NCBI GenBank assembly: GCA_029259185.1
Contig: JAPDJF010000042.1
Coordinates: 1-54,748 of the forward strand
Length of the DNA stretch: 54,748 nt
Origin: Hadesarchaea archaeon
GTDB taxonomy: Archaea; Hadarchaeota; Hadarchaeia; Hadarchaeales; WYZ-LMO6
Direction of reading: 5' to 3'
Shown here one piece after another: positions 35,508-45,814 of this stretch. Every line of letters starts with the position of its first letter. Position 1 is the stretch's first letter. The notes beneath the pieces were generated by a model. It saw nothing but the letters and a program-made list of their open reading frames with translations. It was not told the origin of the DNA and did no database searches. The position numbers and the translations under genes were made by a program.

Positions 35508-36591
35508 CCTCGATCACAGCATCGGCCATCTGGCTCGTGCCCACCGCTGAGGGGTCATTGGGATCCTTTTTGAGGTCATAGGTTACATCTTTGCCCTCGG
35601 CTATCACCCGGGCCACAGCATTTTCCAGCTTTGTAGCGGCTTTCTCCTCCCCCAAGTGTTCGAGCATGAGTGCCCCGCAGAGGATGGCGGCGGTAGGGTT
35701 CGCCTTGTTCATTCCAGCGTACTTCGGGGCACTCCCGTGAACTGGCTCGAAAACGGCTATCCCCTCTCCAACGTTCATGCTCGGTGTTATCCCGAGTCCG
35801 CCAACGAGTCCAGCACAGAGATCGGAGAGAATATCCCCATACAAGTTAGGACATACCAGCACGTCGTAGACTTCGGGTTTCTGCACCAACTGCATACACA
35901 TGTTATCCACTATGCGATCCTCGAACTCTATGTCCGGGTACTCTCTTGCTACTTCCTTTGCCGCTTCGAGAAAAACACCGTCCGAAAATTTCATGATGTT
36001 GGCTTTGTGGACGGCCGTGACTTTTTTCCTTCCCCTTTTCCTAGCGTACTCAAACGCGAACCGAACTATACGCTTGGAGGCGGTTCGAGATATGAGCTTG
36101 AGGCTTATCCCCGAATCACTTCTGAGGTTTCCGCCTTTTTTTCTGAGGATCTCGATGAGTTCCTGCGTGTCACTCGCTCCCAACCGGAACTCTATCCCAG
36201 CATACAGGTCTTCAGTATTCTCTCTGATGACAACGAGATCCACTTCTGAGTATCTCGTCTTGGCTCCGGGATACAATTTGCACGGCCTCACGTTAGCGTA
36301 AAGGTCAAGAGACTTCCTGAGGGCGACGTTCACGCTCCTGAAGCCCCCTCCAACGGGCGTCGTTATCGGACCTTTGAGTGCGACCCGGTTCCTCCGGATC
36401 GAGTTCAGAACCTCCTCCGGAAGGGGATCTCCGACACGCTCGAACACTTTTTCCCCAGCTTCCACGATTTCCCAGCGGATCGAGACCCCTGTGGCCTCTA
36501 CACACCTGCGTGCAGCTTCAATTACTTCAGGCCCAATCCCGTCTCCGGGTATGAGGGTTACGGTATGCAAATGTCTCCCTCGAATCATCAA
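35491..36591 (-). CDS. Isocitrate/isopropylmalate dehydrogenase family (likely isocitrate dehydrogenase)
   Basis: [36 protein letters not shown] and EPVHGSAP motifs. Confidence 0.88.
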   Translation of the reverse strand: MMIRGRHLHTVTLIPGDGIGPEVIEAARRCVEATGVSIRWEIVEAGEKVFERVGDPLPEEVLNSIRRNRVALKGPITTPVGGGFRSVNVALRKSLDLYANVRPCKLYPGAKTRYSEVDLVVIRENTEDLYAGIEFRLGASDTQELIEILRKKGGNLRSDSGISLKLISRTASKRIVRFAFEYARKRGRKKVTAVHKANIMKFSDGVFLEAAKEVAREYPDIEFEDRIVDNMCMQLVQKPEVYDVLVCPNLYGDILSDLCAGLVGGLGITPSMNVGEGIAVFEPVHGSAPKYAGMNKANPTAAILCGALMLEHLGEEKAATKLENAVARVIAEGKDVTYDLKKDPNDPSAVGTSQMADAVIEAMQEF

Positions 36592-37892
36592 ATCTCGAAT
36601 CCGACTTTACGAGCGTATTGTTTGAACTCTTCGTTCTTGAGGGGAGATCTGCGGTTCCCGTTCACGAACTTCGTCTTTATGAGGTCGACGAGTTGAACTA
36701 ATCTCGGGTCATTCTCATCCACGTGTTTGCCCAACAGCTCTTGGAGCTTGAGCTTGACTCCGTGCTTGCCAGATCTTTTCCCAATCACTATCGTCCTCCT
36801 CTGCCCGACGAGCTCGGGGGGGAAAGGTTCATACATCAGGGGGAGGGTTGAGACCCCATGCACGTGAATGCCTGATTCATGTGCGAATGCCGCATCACCT
36901 ACTATGGCCTTGTTTAAGGGGAGCGTGTACCCGGTGCTTGAGGCCAGCAGAACCGCCAGCTCCCTGAAAAGACTTAGGTTCCACTTGTTGATATCGTGGT
37001 GAATGTAGCAGTTCAGGATGATTTTTTCCGTTTCAGCGTTTCCGGCCCGATCCCCTATCCCCAGAAACGTCGTGCTGGCGTAAACTTTATCGTAAAGACC
37101 AGAGGCAGCCCTGATCGTAGCCATCGTGTTTTCCACCGCATTCCCGAAATCATCGTGAGCGTGAATTTCTACATAGGGTATCTTGGTTTCCCTCCTTATG
37201 TGTCGGACCTTCGCAGGTATCCCGTTGGGGAGAGTCGCGAGGGGGTCAGAGAGTCCACACCCCACCGTGTCACAGATTCTGTACACCTTCGCCCCAGCCT
37301 CCGCCACCGCATTTATAAAGCTACGTTCGAATTCCCAATCCGCCCGGGTGCTGTCCTCCCCATGAACGAAGACGGTGAGGCCATGGTCCACTGCGTAGGA
37401 CACGACCCCCGCCACGAGTTCGGTGAGTTGCTGGGGAGATTTGTCAGGCCATTTCTCGAAGTGAATGTAGGAGACAGGGTGAGATATCCCGACTTGATTG
37501 AAATCAAGTTTTATCGCCATGTCTACGTCCGCCTTGGAGGCCCTGCACCACGCTGCGAGCATCTCCCCCAGCCCCTCATCCCGCATGAGTCTAATCGCCT
37601 CTTGATCGGTTTTGGTGTAGGTCAAGACCTCAAGTCGCTCTATCCCTATATCCCGAAGTAAACATGCTATGCGACATGTGTTTTCAGGTTTTGGGGTCGT
37701 GAGTCCGGCCATTTGCAGACCTTCTCGGAGGGTGGTGTCATCTATCACCACATCCACGTTGAGGGGGGTTGGTCGATAAACCAGTTTGCGGAGTTTTTCC
37801 CACTTCTCTCGATCGAAGTACGGAGCCGAAAGCTCTCTTATCGAGGAGAGTTCTCTTTGCCTGTGTTTTTCCGCCGTACTGAGATCCTCCAC
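36588..37892 (-). CDS. DRE-TIM metallolyase, Re-citrate synthase-like / homocitrate synthase family
   Basis: [24 protein letters not shown]...P...LP..IP, HAHDD, GDRAGNA and HESGIH motifs. Confidence 0.75.
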   Translation of the reverse strand: MEDLSTAEKHRQRELSSIRELSAPYFDREKWEKLRKLVYRPTPLNVDVVIDDTTLREGLQMAGLTTPKPENTCRIACLLRDIGIERLEVLTYTKTDQEAIRLMRDEGLGEMLAAWCRASKADVDMAIKLDFNQVGISHPVSYIHFEKWPDKSPQQLTELVAGVVSYAVDHGLTVFVHGEDSTRADWEFERSFINAVAEAGAKVYRICDTVGCGLSDPLATLPNGIPAKVRHIRRETKIPYVEIHAHDDFGNAVENTMATIRAASGLYDKVYASTTFLGIGDRAGNAETEKIILNCYIHHDINKWNLSLFRELAVLLASSTGYTLPLNKAIVGDAAFAHESGIHVHGVSTLPLMYEPFPPELVGQRRTIVIGKRSGKHGVKLKLQELLGKHVDENDPRLVQLVDLIKTKFVNGNRRSPLKNEEFKQYARKVGFEI

Positions 37893-37947
37893 CTTTTATC
37901 CCCACACATTCCGTCTTTTCGATGGTTATATAGGTTGGTGCTTTGTT

Positions 37948-39033
37948 TTAATCGAAGTTCGATCCGCGAGTGAGGCCCCTCCCCTCTACCGATATTCTTC
38001 CAGGCTCTCCTAGTTTTCCATCGATTTCGAACTTCACCCCTAGGATCTTCTCTACGAGTTCCACATTCGTTAGGGTATGGGTTGTCAACTCGGTACTCCA
38101 GATCTCCGACCTCCCCTCCGCTAGTGCGATGTACGGGATGAGCTGGTCGGTGAGGTATCTGTCAACTGCAAAACCGGTTTTCAACTGAGCCACAAGGGAA
38201 GAGGCGGCCTCACGTCCAACTCGTTCCGCCGGTTTCCCCGGTTTCCCTAAGGAGCTACTACCAAGTATCGCACCGCTCTCGGTTTCAGCCCAAATGGTAA
38301 TCCCGCTTCCCGGTCCTAGGTGTGGATCGCTGGAGGGATCATAGGTTTCGATGCTTATCTTCGCATTATACCCAGCCTTCAGCAAGGTCAGCTTCGCCGC
38401 ACGCGCTTGTCTCGTACCCACATGAGGGGGGAGTTTAACACAGTGGGATATCCCAGCTATCCTCAGAACTTTTCCAGCCTCGGTGAGGTGGATCGCTTGA
38501 AGTTTTTCAACCGGAAACGTTCGGGCCCTTATTCTTCCACCTCCTCTCGGGTAATGCCCACGCTGGAGACATTCTACCTCGACTCTGTAACCGAGCTTGA
38601 AGATGATGGGCAGAGTGACATGCTTTAAAAAATCTACGGGTGGAGCGAAGGGGTTATCGGTTCCTCCTCTTATCTCTACCTCCGCGGGTTCGGACGCGAA
38701 GGCTAGTGCCGGCATGAGGATTTGTAAAATCAAAGTGGTGCTTCCCGCTGTTCCTATGTCGAACTTATATTTCCCACCCCTAGTTTCGGAGGGTTCGAAG
38801 AAGAGCTCTGTGGAGTTCAGCTCCATCCCCCGAACCCTCGCCCCGGTGACCGTGGCTAGGGCCTCGACCCCCTTCAAGTGTTGAGGTTGCAGGCCAGGCT
38901 TTTTGCGCTTCGCTCGAATGTGGTGGATCCACACCGGCATTCGGTTGACAGCTCCCAGTGCCAGCGCGGTCCGCAGGACGGCGCCTCCACCTTCCCCCAT
39001 CGAACCATCTATCTCGATGAATCTTTCAGGCAT
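37948..39033 (-). CDS. rtcA: RNA 3'-terminal phosphate cyclase
   Basis: DGSMGEGGG, GTAGS, GGTD, YPRGGG, DQLIP and HTLTN motifs. Confidence 0.95.
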   Translation of the reverse strand: MPERFIEIDGSMGEGGGAVLRTALALGAVNRMPVWIHHIRAKRKKPGLQPQHLKGVEALATVTGARVRGMELNSTELFFEPSETRGGKYKFDIGTAGSTTLILQILMPALAFASEPAEVEIRGGTDNPFAPPVDFLKHVTLPIIFKLGYRVEVECLQRGHYPRGGGRIRARTFPVEKLQAIHLTEAGKVLRIAGISHCVKLPPHVGTRQARAAKLTLLKAGYNAKISIETYDPSSDPHLGPGSGITIWAETESGAILGSSSLGKPGKPAERVGREAASSLVAQLKTGFAVDRYLTDQLIPYIALAEGRSEIWSTELTTHTLTNVELVEKILGVKFEIDGKLGEPGRISVEGRGLTRGSNFD

Positions 39034-39087
39034 GTTCTCCTCAATAATCGAGATCCTTAAGGACTAATACGAATAGGGTGAGTTTTG

Positions 39088-39471
39088 ATGATGGGGTTCA
39101 AGCTTAGGGTTCTGGAACTCGTCCGATTGGTTCCTAGGGGGAAGGTAACCACCTATAAGGAGCTCGCGAGAGCGGTTGGAAAACCGCTGGCTTGGAGGGC
39201 TGTGGCACGGGCCTTGGCCCAAAACCCACATCCGGTGGAGATCCCTTGCCATCGAGTGGTGAGATCCGATGGGGGGGTGGGTGGATACAGCTTGGGGGTC
39301 GGAAGGAAAATCCGACTCCTCAGGGCGGAGGGCGTGGTGGTGGAGCGGGGAAGAATCGACTTGGGGAAACTCTTCTTCAGATTTGACGTTTCCTCTTCGG
39401 TTTCAGGAGATAATCGGTCTTCGAGAGGTCCCGCATCCGGTCGACGGCGTCTATCTCCAGCATTATCTTGA
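39088..39471 (+). CDS. ogt: O6-methylguanine-DNA methyltransferase (C-terminal domain only)
   Basis: VPRGKVTTY, RAVA and active-site PCHRVV. Confidence 0.9.
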   Translation: MMGFKLRVLELVRLVPRGKVTTYKELARAVGKPLAWRAVARALAQNPHPVEIPCHRVVRSDGGVGGYSLGVGRKIRLLRAEGVVVERGRIDLGKLFFRFDVSSSVSGDNRSSRGPASGRRRLSPALS

Positions 39472-39928
39472 GTACGGGTTTCGGCACCAAGTGTTCCCAT
39501 CGTTTTCCTTCGATCATGTGCTTCCTTATCTTGGTTCCATGGTACTCTTGTCGATTATACAAGGGGGGAGCTCGCACGTCAAAGCCGGCTTCCTTAAACA
39601 GTCTTTGAACGAGCGGGTTACCCGAGTACACGATGGAGAATGGAGGTGAGAAAGAAATCACGTGGGAGACCCAGAGGGAATTATTGTTGACATCAGGAAT
39701 AGGGACTATATGCACCCGAGATGTGTCGATCCCCGTCTCAGCCAGTGCCTTGCTCAGCATCAACATCCTCTCTCCGGCGGTGAAAGGATTTTCGATGGTG
39801 TGACTCTCTTGGGCACTTCCTATCCCTATTATGAGTTCGTCCACTTCTTCCAGTATCTTCTTGAATACCTCTAAATGGCCTTTGTGGGGGGGTTGGAATC
39901 GACCTATAAAAATAGCCCTCTTGAGCAT
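39377..39928 (-). CDS. nadM: Nicotinamide-nucleotide adenylyltransferase
   Basis: GRFQPPHKGH, GIGSAQESH and NPFTAGER motifs. Confidence 0.95.
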   Translation of the reverse strand: MLKRAIFIGRFQPPHKGHLEVFKKILEEVDELIIGIGSAQESHTIENPFTAGERMLMLSKALAETGIDTSRVHIVPIPDVNNNSLWVSHVISFSPPFSIVYSGNPLVQRLFKEAGFDVRAPPLYNRQEYHGTKIRKHMIEGKRWEHLVPKPVLKIMLEIDAVDRMRDLSKTDYLLKPKRKRQI

Positions 39929-39964
39929 TGGTACACGTTGTAGTTAGCCCCTCCCTAGTTTTAA

Positions 39965-40450
39965 CTTTACCGCCTGGAAGTTCTCTTCCGTAAGGGAGGG
40001 GATGAAAAGGCGGGGCACACATACAGACGCGCTGAAGAAACACGTAGAGGCAGGGGCCATGCTTAGCCACAGGTTCCGCCTGTATCCTTCAAAGACAGCC
40101 GAGCGGAAGCTGAACCGTCAGATGGTACTTTGCAGGAGGGGAAGGGGCTGGTTCAAGACGCTGAACTACAACCAGTCGGGCTTCAAGCTTGAGAGCGGAA
40201 AGCTCGTGCTCTCGAAAATCGGTGAGATCCCCATCAAGCTTCACCGAAAGATTAAGGAAAAAGTGAAGGGGGTTATCGTCAAGCGGGAAGGAGAGGTACT
40301 TCGCAGAACGTCCCTGAGGGATTCGATAGGGAGCTGGAACGGCCCGAGCGAACGCCTGTGGAGATGGGGCCTCCACCCCGCGTTCCGGCGCAAGCCGTGG
40401 TCGCTGGGCATGTTCCGGCGCTGAGGCAGGAGCCATGCACAAGTGCGGTA
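39965..40450 (+). mobile_element. IS200/IS605 remnant with internally deleted tnpB
   Basis: TTTAA then left-end hairpin TTCTCTTCC-GTAA-GGGAGGGGA; MLSHRFRLYPS, YNQSGFKL and LSKIGEIPIKLHR fragments; 3' part shared with 15456-15510. Confidence 0.82.
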
Positions 40451-40708
40451 TTCCATTCGTGGATTTTTCGTCGGATTCGTATTCGTCAGATTGTCGATCG
40501 CGTTCATCTCTTTTCATCGACTGTTCCGACTTAGAACCTCAGGCGGGTGTGAATCTAGGTTGGGCCATTGTCCTTGCCTCTACGAAAGCTCATGCGGTTG
40601 TCATGCTTTGAGTTACACATCGCTGGCTCGAGGGGGTGGACATTTTGTCTCGGGAGGAGAACTCTCAAAACTTTATTTCCACCTTCTTCACAAGGGAGTA
40701 AGAAGACG

Positions 40709-41992
40709 ATGCAAGTGGAGGAGGCTAGGAAAGGAAGGGCGACCCCAGAAATGGAGGCTGTGGCGAGAGATGAGGGTCTTCCTCTGAAGTTCGTGCTCCG
40801 GGGTGTGGCACGGGGGAGGATAGTGATCCTCAGCAACCCTAAGCGCAAATCACGCGTGTTCAAGGGGATAGGTGAGGGGCTGAGGGTCAAAATCAACGCG
40901 AACGTAGGATCGTCACCGGATTACGTTAGGGTGAGGGAGGAAGTTAGGAAAGCCAGGATCGCAGAGGAGTACGGGGCCGATACGGTCATGGATCTGAGCA
41001 TAGGGGGGGACTTGAACAGGATAAGGAGGAGAATCATCGATGCCACGAGGATCCCGATAGGTACCGTGCCAATTTATCAAGCTGGCATAGAAGCGGCGAA
41101 GAAACGGGGAAGCATAGTGGATATGGATTCGGATGACATCTTTAACACGATTCGGAGACATGCTGAGGACGGGGTGGATTTCGTCACGGTGCACTGCGGT
41201 GTGACAAGAGGAGTCGTTGAGGAGCTGAGAGGGGTGAAAAGGTTGCTGGGGGTCGTGAGCAGGGGCGGAGCTTTTCTTGCAGCGTGGATAATCAAGACGG
41301 GTAGAGAGAATCCCCTCTACGAGGAGTTCGACTACTTACTGGAAATCGCGCGGGAATACGACCTGACATTGAGTCTTGGGGATGGCATGCGTCCAGGGGC
41401 GATAGGGGATGCGTCTGACATCCTCCAGTTTCGAGAGCTCTTCGAACTAGGGAAGTTGGTGAAGAGGGCGAGGGAGAAGGCAGTACAGGTTATGGTTGAG
41501 GGTCCGGGGCACCTACCGCTGGATCAAGTTGAGTGGAATGTTAAGATCGAAAAGACCGTGTGTGATGGAGCACCCTTCTACGTGCTAGGTCCGATCGTCA
41601 CCGATATCGCCCCAGGTTACGACCACATAGTTGGTGCGATAGGGGGAGCGGTGGCAGCGTTGGCGGGTGCGGATTTCCTCTGCTATGTCACCCCCTCGGA
41701 GCATCTCTGCCTTCCCTCCCCAGATGATGTGAGGGAGGGTGTGATCGCGGCAAGGATAGCAGCTCACGTGGCGGATTTGGCTAAGGGTGTGGATAGGAAG
41801 AGGGACATCGAGATGGGCGAAGCACGTGGGAATCTCAACTGGAATAAACAGTTCGAGCTCGCTTTGTACCCCAAAAGGGCCAGAGAGCTCAGGAGGAAGA
41901 GACCGCCTTCTATAGATTTGAGGACTTGCAGTATGTGCTCCAAACTTTGCGCGATAAAATTCCTAGCCGAATTTTTGAGGGGGGAAACTTAG
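40709..41992 (+). CDS. thiC: Phosphomethylpyrimidine synthase ThiC
   Basis: KINANVG, ADTVMDLS, VSRGG, EGPGH, CYVTPSEH and CSMCSKLC motifs. Confidence 0.92.
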   Translation: MQVEEARKGRATPEMEAVARDEGLPLKFVLRGVARGRIVILSNPKRKSRVFKGIGEGLRVKINANVGSSPDYVRVREEVRKARIAEEYGADTVMDLSIGGDLNRIRRRIIDATRIPIGTVPIYQAGIEAAKKRGSIVDMDSDDIFNTIRRHAEDGVDFVTVHCGVTRGVVEELRGVKRLLGVVSRGGAFLAAWIIKTGRENPLYEEFDYLLEIAREYDLTLSLGDGMRPGAIGDASDILQFRELFELGKLVKRAREKAVQVMVEGPGHLPLDQVEWNVKIEKTVCDGAPFYVLGPIVTDIAPGYDHIVGAIGGAVAALAGADFLCYVTPSEHLCLPSPDDVREGVIAARIAAHVADLAKGVDRKRDIEMGEARGNLNWNKQFELALYPKRARELRRKRPPSIDLRTCSMCSKLCAIKFLAEFLRGET

Positions 41993-43053
41993 ATCCCGAG
42001 TACCTCTCCGAGACTTTCGAGCATCGAATCTATGTCCTCCAGCGTGATGTACCCCATATTCCCTATCCTGAAGGTTTTCTCTTTCAGCCTTCCGTATCCT
42101 CTAGCCAGCTCGAATCCTCTTTCCCTCATCCGCTCATAAATCTCGATCCCGCTGATACCGGGCGGGGCGTTTATGCAGAAGATGGTTGGACTCTCATACC
42201 CCTCTTCAGTGAAAAGCGTTAGACCGAGCTTTCGGATCCCGTCTGCTATTCTCTTACCGCGACGTGAGTAAAATCTGAAATATTCTCTCTTTCCCCTCTC
42301 CTCTATCATCCGCAGGACTCGATTAAGGGCTAGGATGAGTGGTATGGGAGGGGTCGTGGGGGTCTCGTTTTTCATCTGGGATCTCTCGAATCTCTTGAAA
42401 TCGAAATACCATCCCTTGTTCTTCACCAACTCGGCTTTCTCCATAGCTTTTGAACTCACGACGGCTATGGCCAGACCCGGTGGGAGGCCTAAACACTTCT
42501 GAGATCCGGCGAAGCAAACGTCTACACCCAGCTCGTCCGGATGAATTTCGATTCCGCCCATGGCACTGACGGCATCTACGAACAGGAGCTTCTCGTGTTC
42601 TTTCACAACTTTTGCGAGTTCTGGGAGAGGATTCAAGAGTCCGACACTGGTTTCACAATAAGTGACAGTAACAGCCTCGACGTCGGGGTGTTTGGAGAGT
42701 TTCTCGTCGAGGAGTTCGGGGGTAATAGGCTTCCCTGGTTCGGTTTGAAGGATCACCACCTTCCTCCCGTTGGCTTCTCCGACTTTAGCGTATCTTTCCC
42801 CGAATTCTCCGCTCACCGTGCACAGCATACACCTCTCCACACAATTGCGGACAGAAGCTTCCATCAGTCCGGTGCTTGAACTCGGGAAGAGGAAAACTCG
42901 ACAATCTTCGATTTCAAGAAACCATCTAAGTCTTTCCACGGTGTCCCTGTGTAATCTGTGGTACTCCTCGCTGCGATGGCTGAACATCTGGTGTCTCATC
43001 TCCTCTAGAACCTCTGGGTAGCAAGCTACAGGACCTGCGGTGAAGAGTTTCAT
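41989..43053 (-). CDS. Class V PLP aminotransferase (serine/alanine-glyoxylate-like)
   Basis: LFTAGP, SHRS, VDAVS, GSQKCLGLPPG and FRIGNMG motifs. Confidence 0.92.
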   Translation of the reverse strand: MKLFTAGPVACYPEVLEEMRHQMFSHRSEEYHRLHRDTVERLRWFLEIEDCRVFLFPSSSTGLMEASVRNCVERCMLCTVSGEFGERYAKVGEANGRKVVILQTEPGKPITPELLDEKLSKHPDVEAVTVTYCETSVGLLNPLPELAKVVKEHEKLLFVDAVSAMGGIEIHPDELGVDVCFAGSQKCLGLPPGLAIAVVSSKAMEKAELVKNKGWYFDFKRFERSQMKNETPTTPPIPLILALNRVLRMIEERGKREYFRFYSRRGKRIADGIRKLGLTLFTEEGYESPTIFCINAPPGISGIEIYERMRERGFELARGYGRLKEKTFRIGNMGYITLEDIDSMLESLGEVLGI

Positions 43054-43371
43054 CTCAATCCCTGCAGCGAGATTTCGTTTGTGAGGGGGGAGAAAGGGGG
43101 AGTTACGGGTGGGATGATACCCAACACATCAAGTTGAGCGGTCAGGAAACTTGAGCACCGCTTGGATGTCAAATTCACAGTTCTCAGCGCGATGTGGGCA
43201 TGTTCACGTGCTCGGAATCGGTGGGGGAGTTTGTCACTGTTTATGGATGGTTGGGCGCGTGGAGTCTCGAGCATCTTGATTTCTGAGACCCTCATTCGGT
43301 GGAGCTGGATGGTTAGCATTTCCATCGTCCCGGATATCAACTTAAAGGGAGGAAAGAGGTATAAAAAGATG

Positions 43372-43449
43372 GGGGCCGTGGGGTAGCTTGGTCTAGCCTT
43401 CCAGCTTGGGGTGCTGGCGACTCGAGTTCAAATCTCGACGGCCCCACCA
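43372..43449 (+). tRNA. tRNA-Pro(GGG), CCA encoded
   Basis: GGGGCCG/CGGCCCC acceptor; CCAGC-TTGGGGT-GCTGG; TCGAG-TTCAAAT-CTCGA. Confidence 0.95.
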
Positions 43450-43733
43450 CTCGGATTACTAAATAGTCCACCGATCCGCAAGCCCATATTTTGGAGCGGT
43501 TAGTTAACATCTATGGAAGTCGTTGAGCATTTCAGATAGCGGCGGCCTATCAAGATTGTTCGTGAAGACCGCGGGTCACTCAGCAGCGGTTAAGGTTCCA
43601 CTCGGTTGACCTATGGAAGTTTCGGTAGGGTTTTTCAAGGGAGTTGGCATCCTCCCGGGCGTGGCTAGCTTTGATTCATAAATAGTTTTAACTGTTGCGA
43701 CGAGAAGTCTCCCAGCACGAGCGAGGGGATGAG

Positions 43734-44111
43734 ATGTTAATAGACCGATTTGAGCTCCCAAGGGGTTACAGATACATCCTGTGGAACGAGTCTGGGAGCG
43801 TGGTGATAGGTAGCGCGGTGATCGAGCGCTCGGAGGATTCAGTTTTGTTGAGGGATATAAACCTTGGCCGGGAGTTCAGGGGAGAGGGAGTGGGGACTCG
43901 CCTTCTGGAGTACATCTTAGAGGATCTCGGGGAGTTTGAAATAAGGGTTAGGACATTCAGGGGAAGAGTAGGTTGGTACGAGAGGCACGGATTCCAAAGG
44001 ATACGTGAGATCGGGGAACTCGTAGAGATGAGGAGGCCCCCGAGACGAGTTTCGATGAGAGGTATGTGCACCTTTTGGTATGAATTGTCTCACGACCGTG
44101 CCCCCCGATGA
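43734..44111 (+). CDS. GNAT-family acetyltransferase
   Basis: Motif A FRGEGVGTRLL; WYERHGF. Confidence 0.85.
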   Translation: MLIDRFELPRGYRYILWNESGSVVIGSAVIERSEDSVLLRDINLGREFRGEGVGTRLLEYILEDLGEFEIRVRTFRGRVGWYERHGFQRIREIGELVEMRRPPRRVSMRGMCTFWYELSHDRAPR

Positions 44112-44160
44112 AGGTGATTTTTCCACATAGCTCTAAAGCCCCGAATCCAGAAGTAAAACG

Positions 44161-45021
44161 ATGGATGTTCTGAGGGAGTTCGACCCATGGAGAGATCCCC
44201 TCTGCACTTGTCCGCCCAAGTTATCCCTAAATCCTTACACGGGATGCGATCACGCATGCGTGTACTGCTATATCACTTCATACATTCCCCGTGCCTTCGA
44301 GTGTAGACCGAAGACGGATTTGATCTCAAGGTTGAGGCGAGACATCGAAAAGGTTAGGGAGGGTACACTCGTGAGCATGTCCAACAGTAGTGATCCGTAT
44401 CCACACATCGAAAGGAACTTAGGTTTGACGCGGGAGTGCCTAAAGCTCCTCTCTCAAAAGGATCTCAGAGTTCAAATAATAACGAAGTCAGATCTAGTCG
44501 TGCGAGACTTAGATTTGCTCTCAAAAATGCGATCGGTCGTGAGCTTCACCCTGACTACCTTAGACCCACTCGTGAGCAAGAGGCTTGAGCCGGGAGCACC
44601 CCCTCCCGAACGCAGGTTGAAAGCGCTCAGAAAACTTACCGAGGCGGGTTTGCCCGTAACCGTGCGTTTGGATCCGGTTATCCTGGGGCTGAACGATGAT
44701 GAGATCGAGAGGATAGTGAGATCCGTCGCAGGGGTCGGCGCAAAACACGTGACCTCCTCCACCTTCAAACCACGGCCTGATAGTTGGCACAGGATAAAGC
44801 TAAAGTTTCCAAAAGTAGCACGCGAGCTGGAGCCTCTCTATTTTGAGTTTGGCACCAAGCACCGGAGCAGCTTCTACCTCCCAAGCCATCTCAGGGAAGA
44901 GCTAATGAAGAGGGTGAGAGACGCCTGCATAGCAAATGGCCTGACGTTCAGTTCTTGTAGAGAAGGTTTAAAGAAGATCAGCACGGGGGATAGTTGTGAT
45001 GGAACACATTTGATCGAGTGA
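44161..45021 (+). CDS. Radical SAM protein (SplB-like)
   Basis: LNPYTGCDHACVYCY (CxxxCxxC), SDPY, ITKS and RLEPGAP motifs. Confidence 0.9.
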   Translation: MDVLREFDPWRDPLCTCPPKLSLNPYTGCDHACVYCYITSYIPRAFECRPKTDLISRLRRDIEKVREGTLVSMSNSSDPYPHIERNLGLTRECLKLLSQKDLRVQIITKSDLVVRDLDLLSKMRSVVSFTLTTLDPLVSKRLEPGAPPPERRLKALRKLTEAGLPVTVRLDPVILGLNDDEIERIVRSVAGVGAKHVTSSTFKPRPDSWHRIKLKFPKVARELEPLYFEFGTKHRSSFYLPSHLREELMKRVRDACIANGLTFSSCREGLKKISTGDSCDGTHLIE

Positions 45022-45033
45022 TGGTTTTTCTGG

Positions 45034-45561
45034 GTGGAAATCGGAGATGATTCGGTGACGAAGCAGGAAATAGGGCGAGGAAAAGGGATAGTTGGATTGA
45101 GCAGATGCTTCAAGCGGGTTCTCTTCGATATCGGGGGCAGACAGAAGCGAGTGGTCTTCGTGGGCTCTGAATCCACATGTTTGCCGATAGCGGAACTCCT
45201 AGCGTACGCTGGTAGGGAGATGGATCATTCATGGTATTTTATCCCGAACGGTCGGAAACGGGATGCTCGGAGGTTGGAATTCAAGCCCGGATACGGGTTT
45301 CAGTTGGGGGATGAAAAATTTTCTGGTAAAGCGGGGATCGTCGTGCTGCTGGGTGGGCTCGCCATGCCCAGCTCCCGGGTTAACTCCGTGGAGATCGGCC
45401 GACTCGTTTCAGAAATTTTGGATCGCGATGGAAAGGTAGTGGGGGTGGGGTTCATGGGGATATTCGAGAGATCCGGTTGGGTTGGAAAAGTCAGATTCGA
45501 TTACCTCATGGACGTGTTGATAGAATCGGTGAAAGTGGATAAATTCGCTAGCACTCAGTAG
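45034..45561 (+). CDS. DUF2124 family protein (methanogen-associated)
   Basis: VFVGS..TC.P.AELLAY, VLLGGLAMP and FM.IF...GW motifs. Start uncertain. Confidence 0.75.
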   Translation: MEIGDDSVTKQEIGRGKGIVGLSRCFKRVLFDIGGRQKRVVFVGSESTCLPIAELLAYAGREMDHSWYFIPNGRKRDARRLEFKPGYGFQLGDEKFSGKAGIVVLLGGLAMPSSRVNSVEIGRLVSEILDRDGKVVGVGFMGIFERSGWVGKVRFDYLMDVLIESVKVDKFASTQ

Positions 45562-45651
45562 GTAGCTCAACAAACCTCTTCGAACCCGAAATGGAGATAT
45601 TCGGCCGGTAAAGTTAAATTTGATTGTCTATTGAGTTTGATAGGTGAGAAA

Positions 45652-45708
45652 TTGGCAAAGAAAAAGGCGAAAGCTAAGAAATCGAAAGCGAAGAAGAAAA
45701 AGCGCTGA
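45652..45708 (+). CDS. Putative 18-aa Lys-rich peptide MAKKKAKAKKSKAKKKKR
   Basis: AGGTGA SD spaced just before TTG; TTAAAT upstream; hairpin and T-tract downstream. Confidence 0.6.
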   Translation: MAKKKAKAKKSKAKKKKR

Positions 45709-45735
45709 TCTATTCTCGGATGACTTTTTGAGTCC

Positions 45736-45766
45736 GGTGGGCGCCACCAAATGTTTTTCTTTTTTG
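45736..45766 (+). terminator. Hairpin plus T-tract terminator
   Basis: GGTGG-GCG-CCACC followed by TTTTTCTTTTTT. Confidence 0.6.
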
Positions 45767-45814
45767 GATTCTGGGTAGTGGAAAGCATGTTTTTGCTTCA
45801 CCGACCCGACTACT

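Noticed and set aside
39377-39471. Functional C-terminal extension of Ogt overlapping nadM
   Set aside because: It is best explained as read-through into a convergent gene; the tail is low-complexity.
40450-40708. TPP riboswitch upstream of thiC
   Set aside because: The conserved GCTGAGA and CCTGAT...AATGC..GCG.AGG motifs are not present.
43050-43340. 96-aa minus-strand ORF upstream of the aminotransferase
   Set aside because: No family signature and atypical composition; left uncalled.
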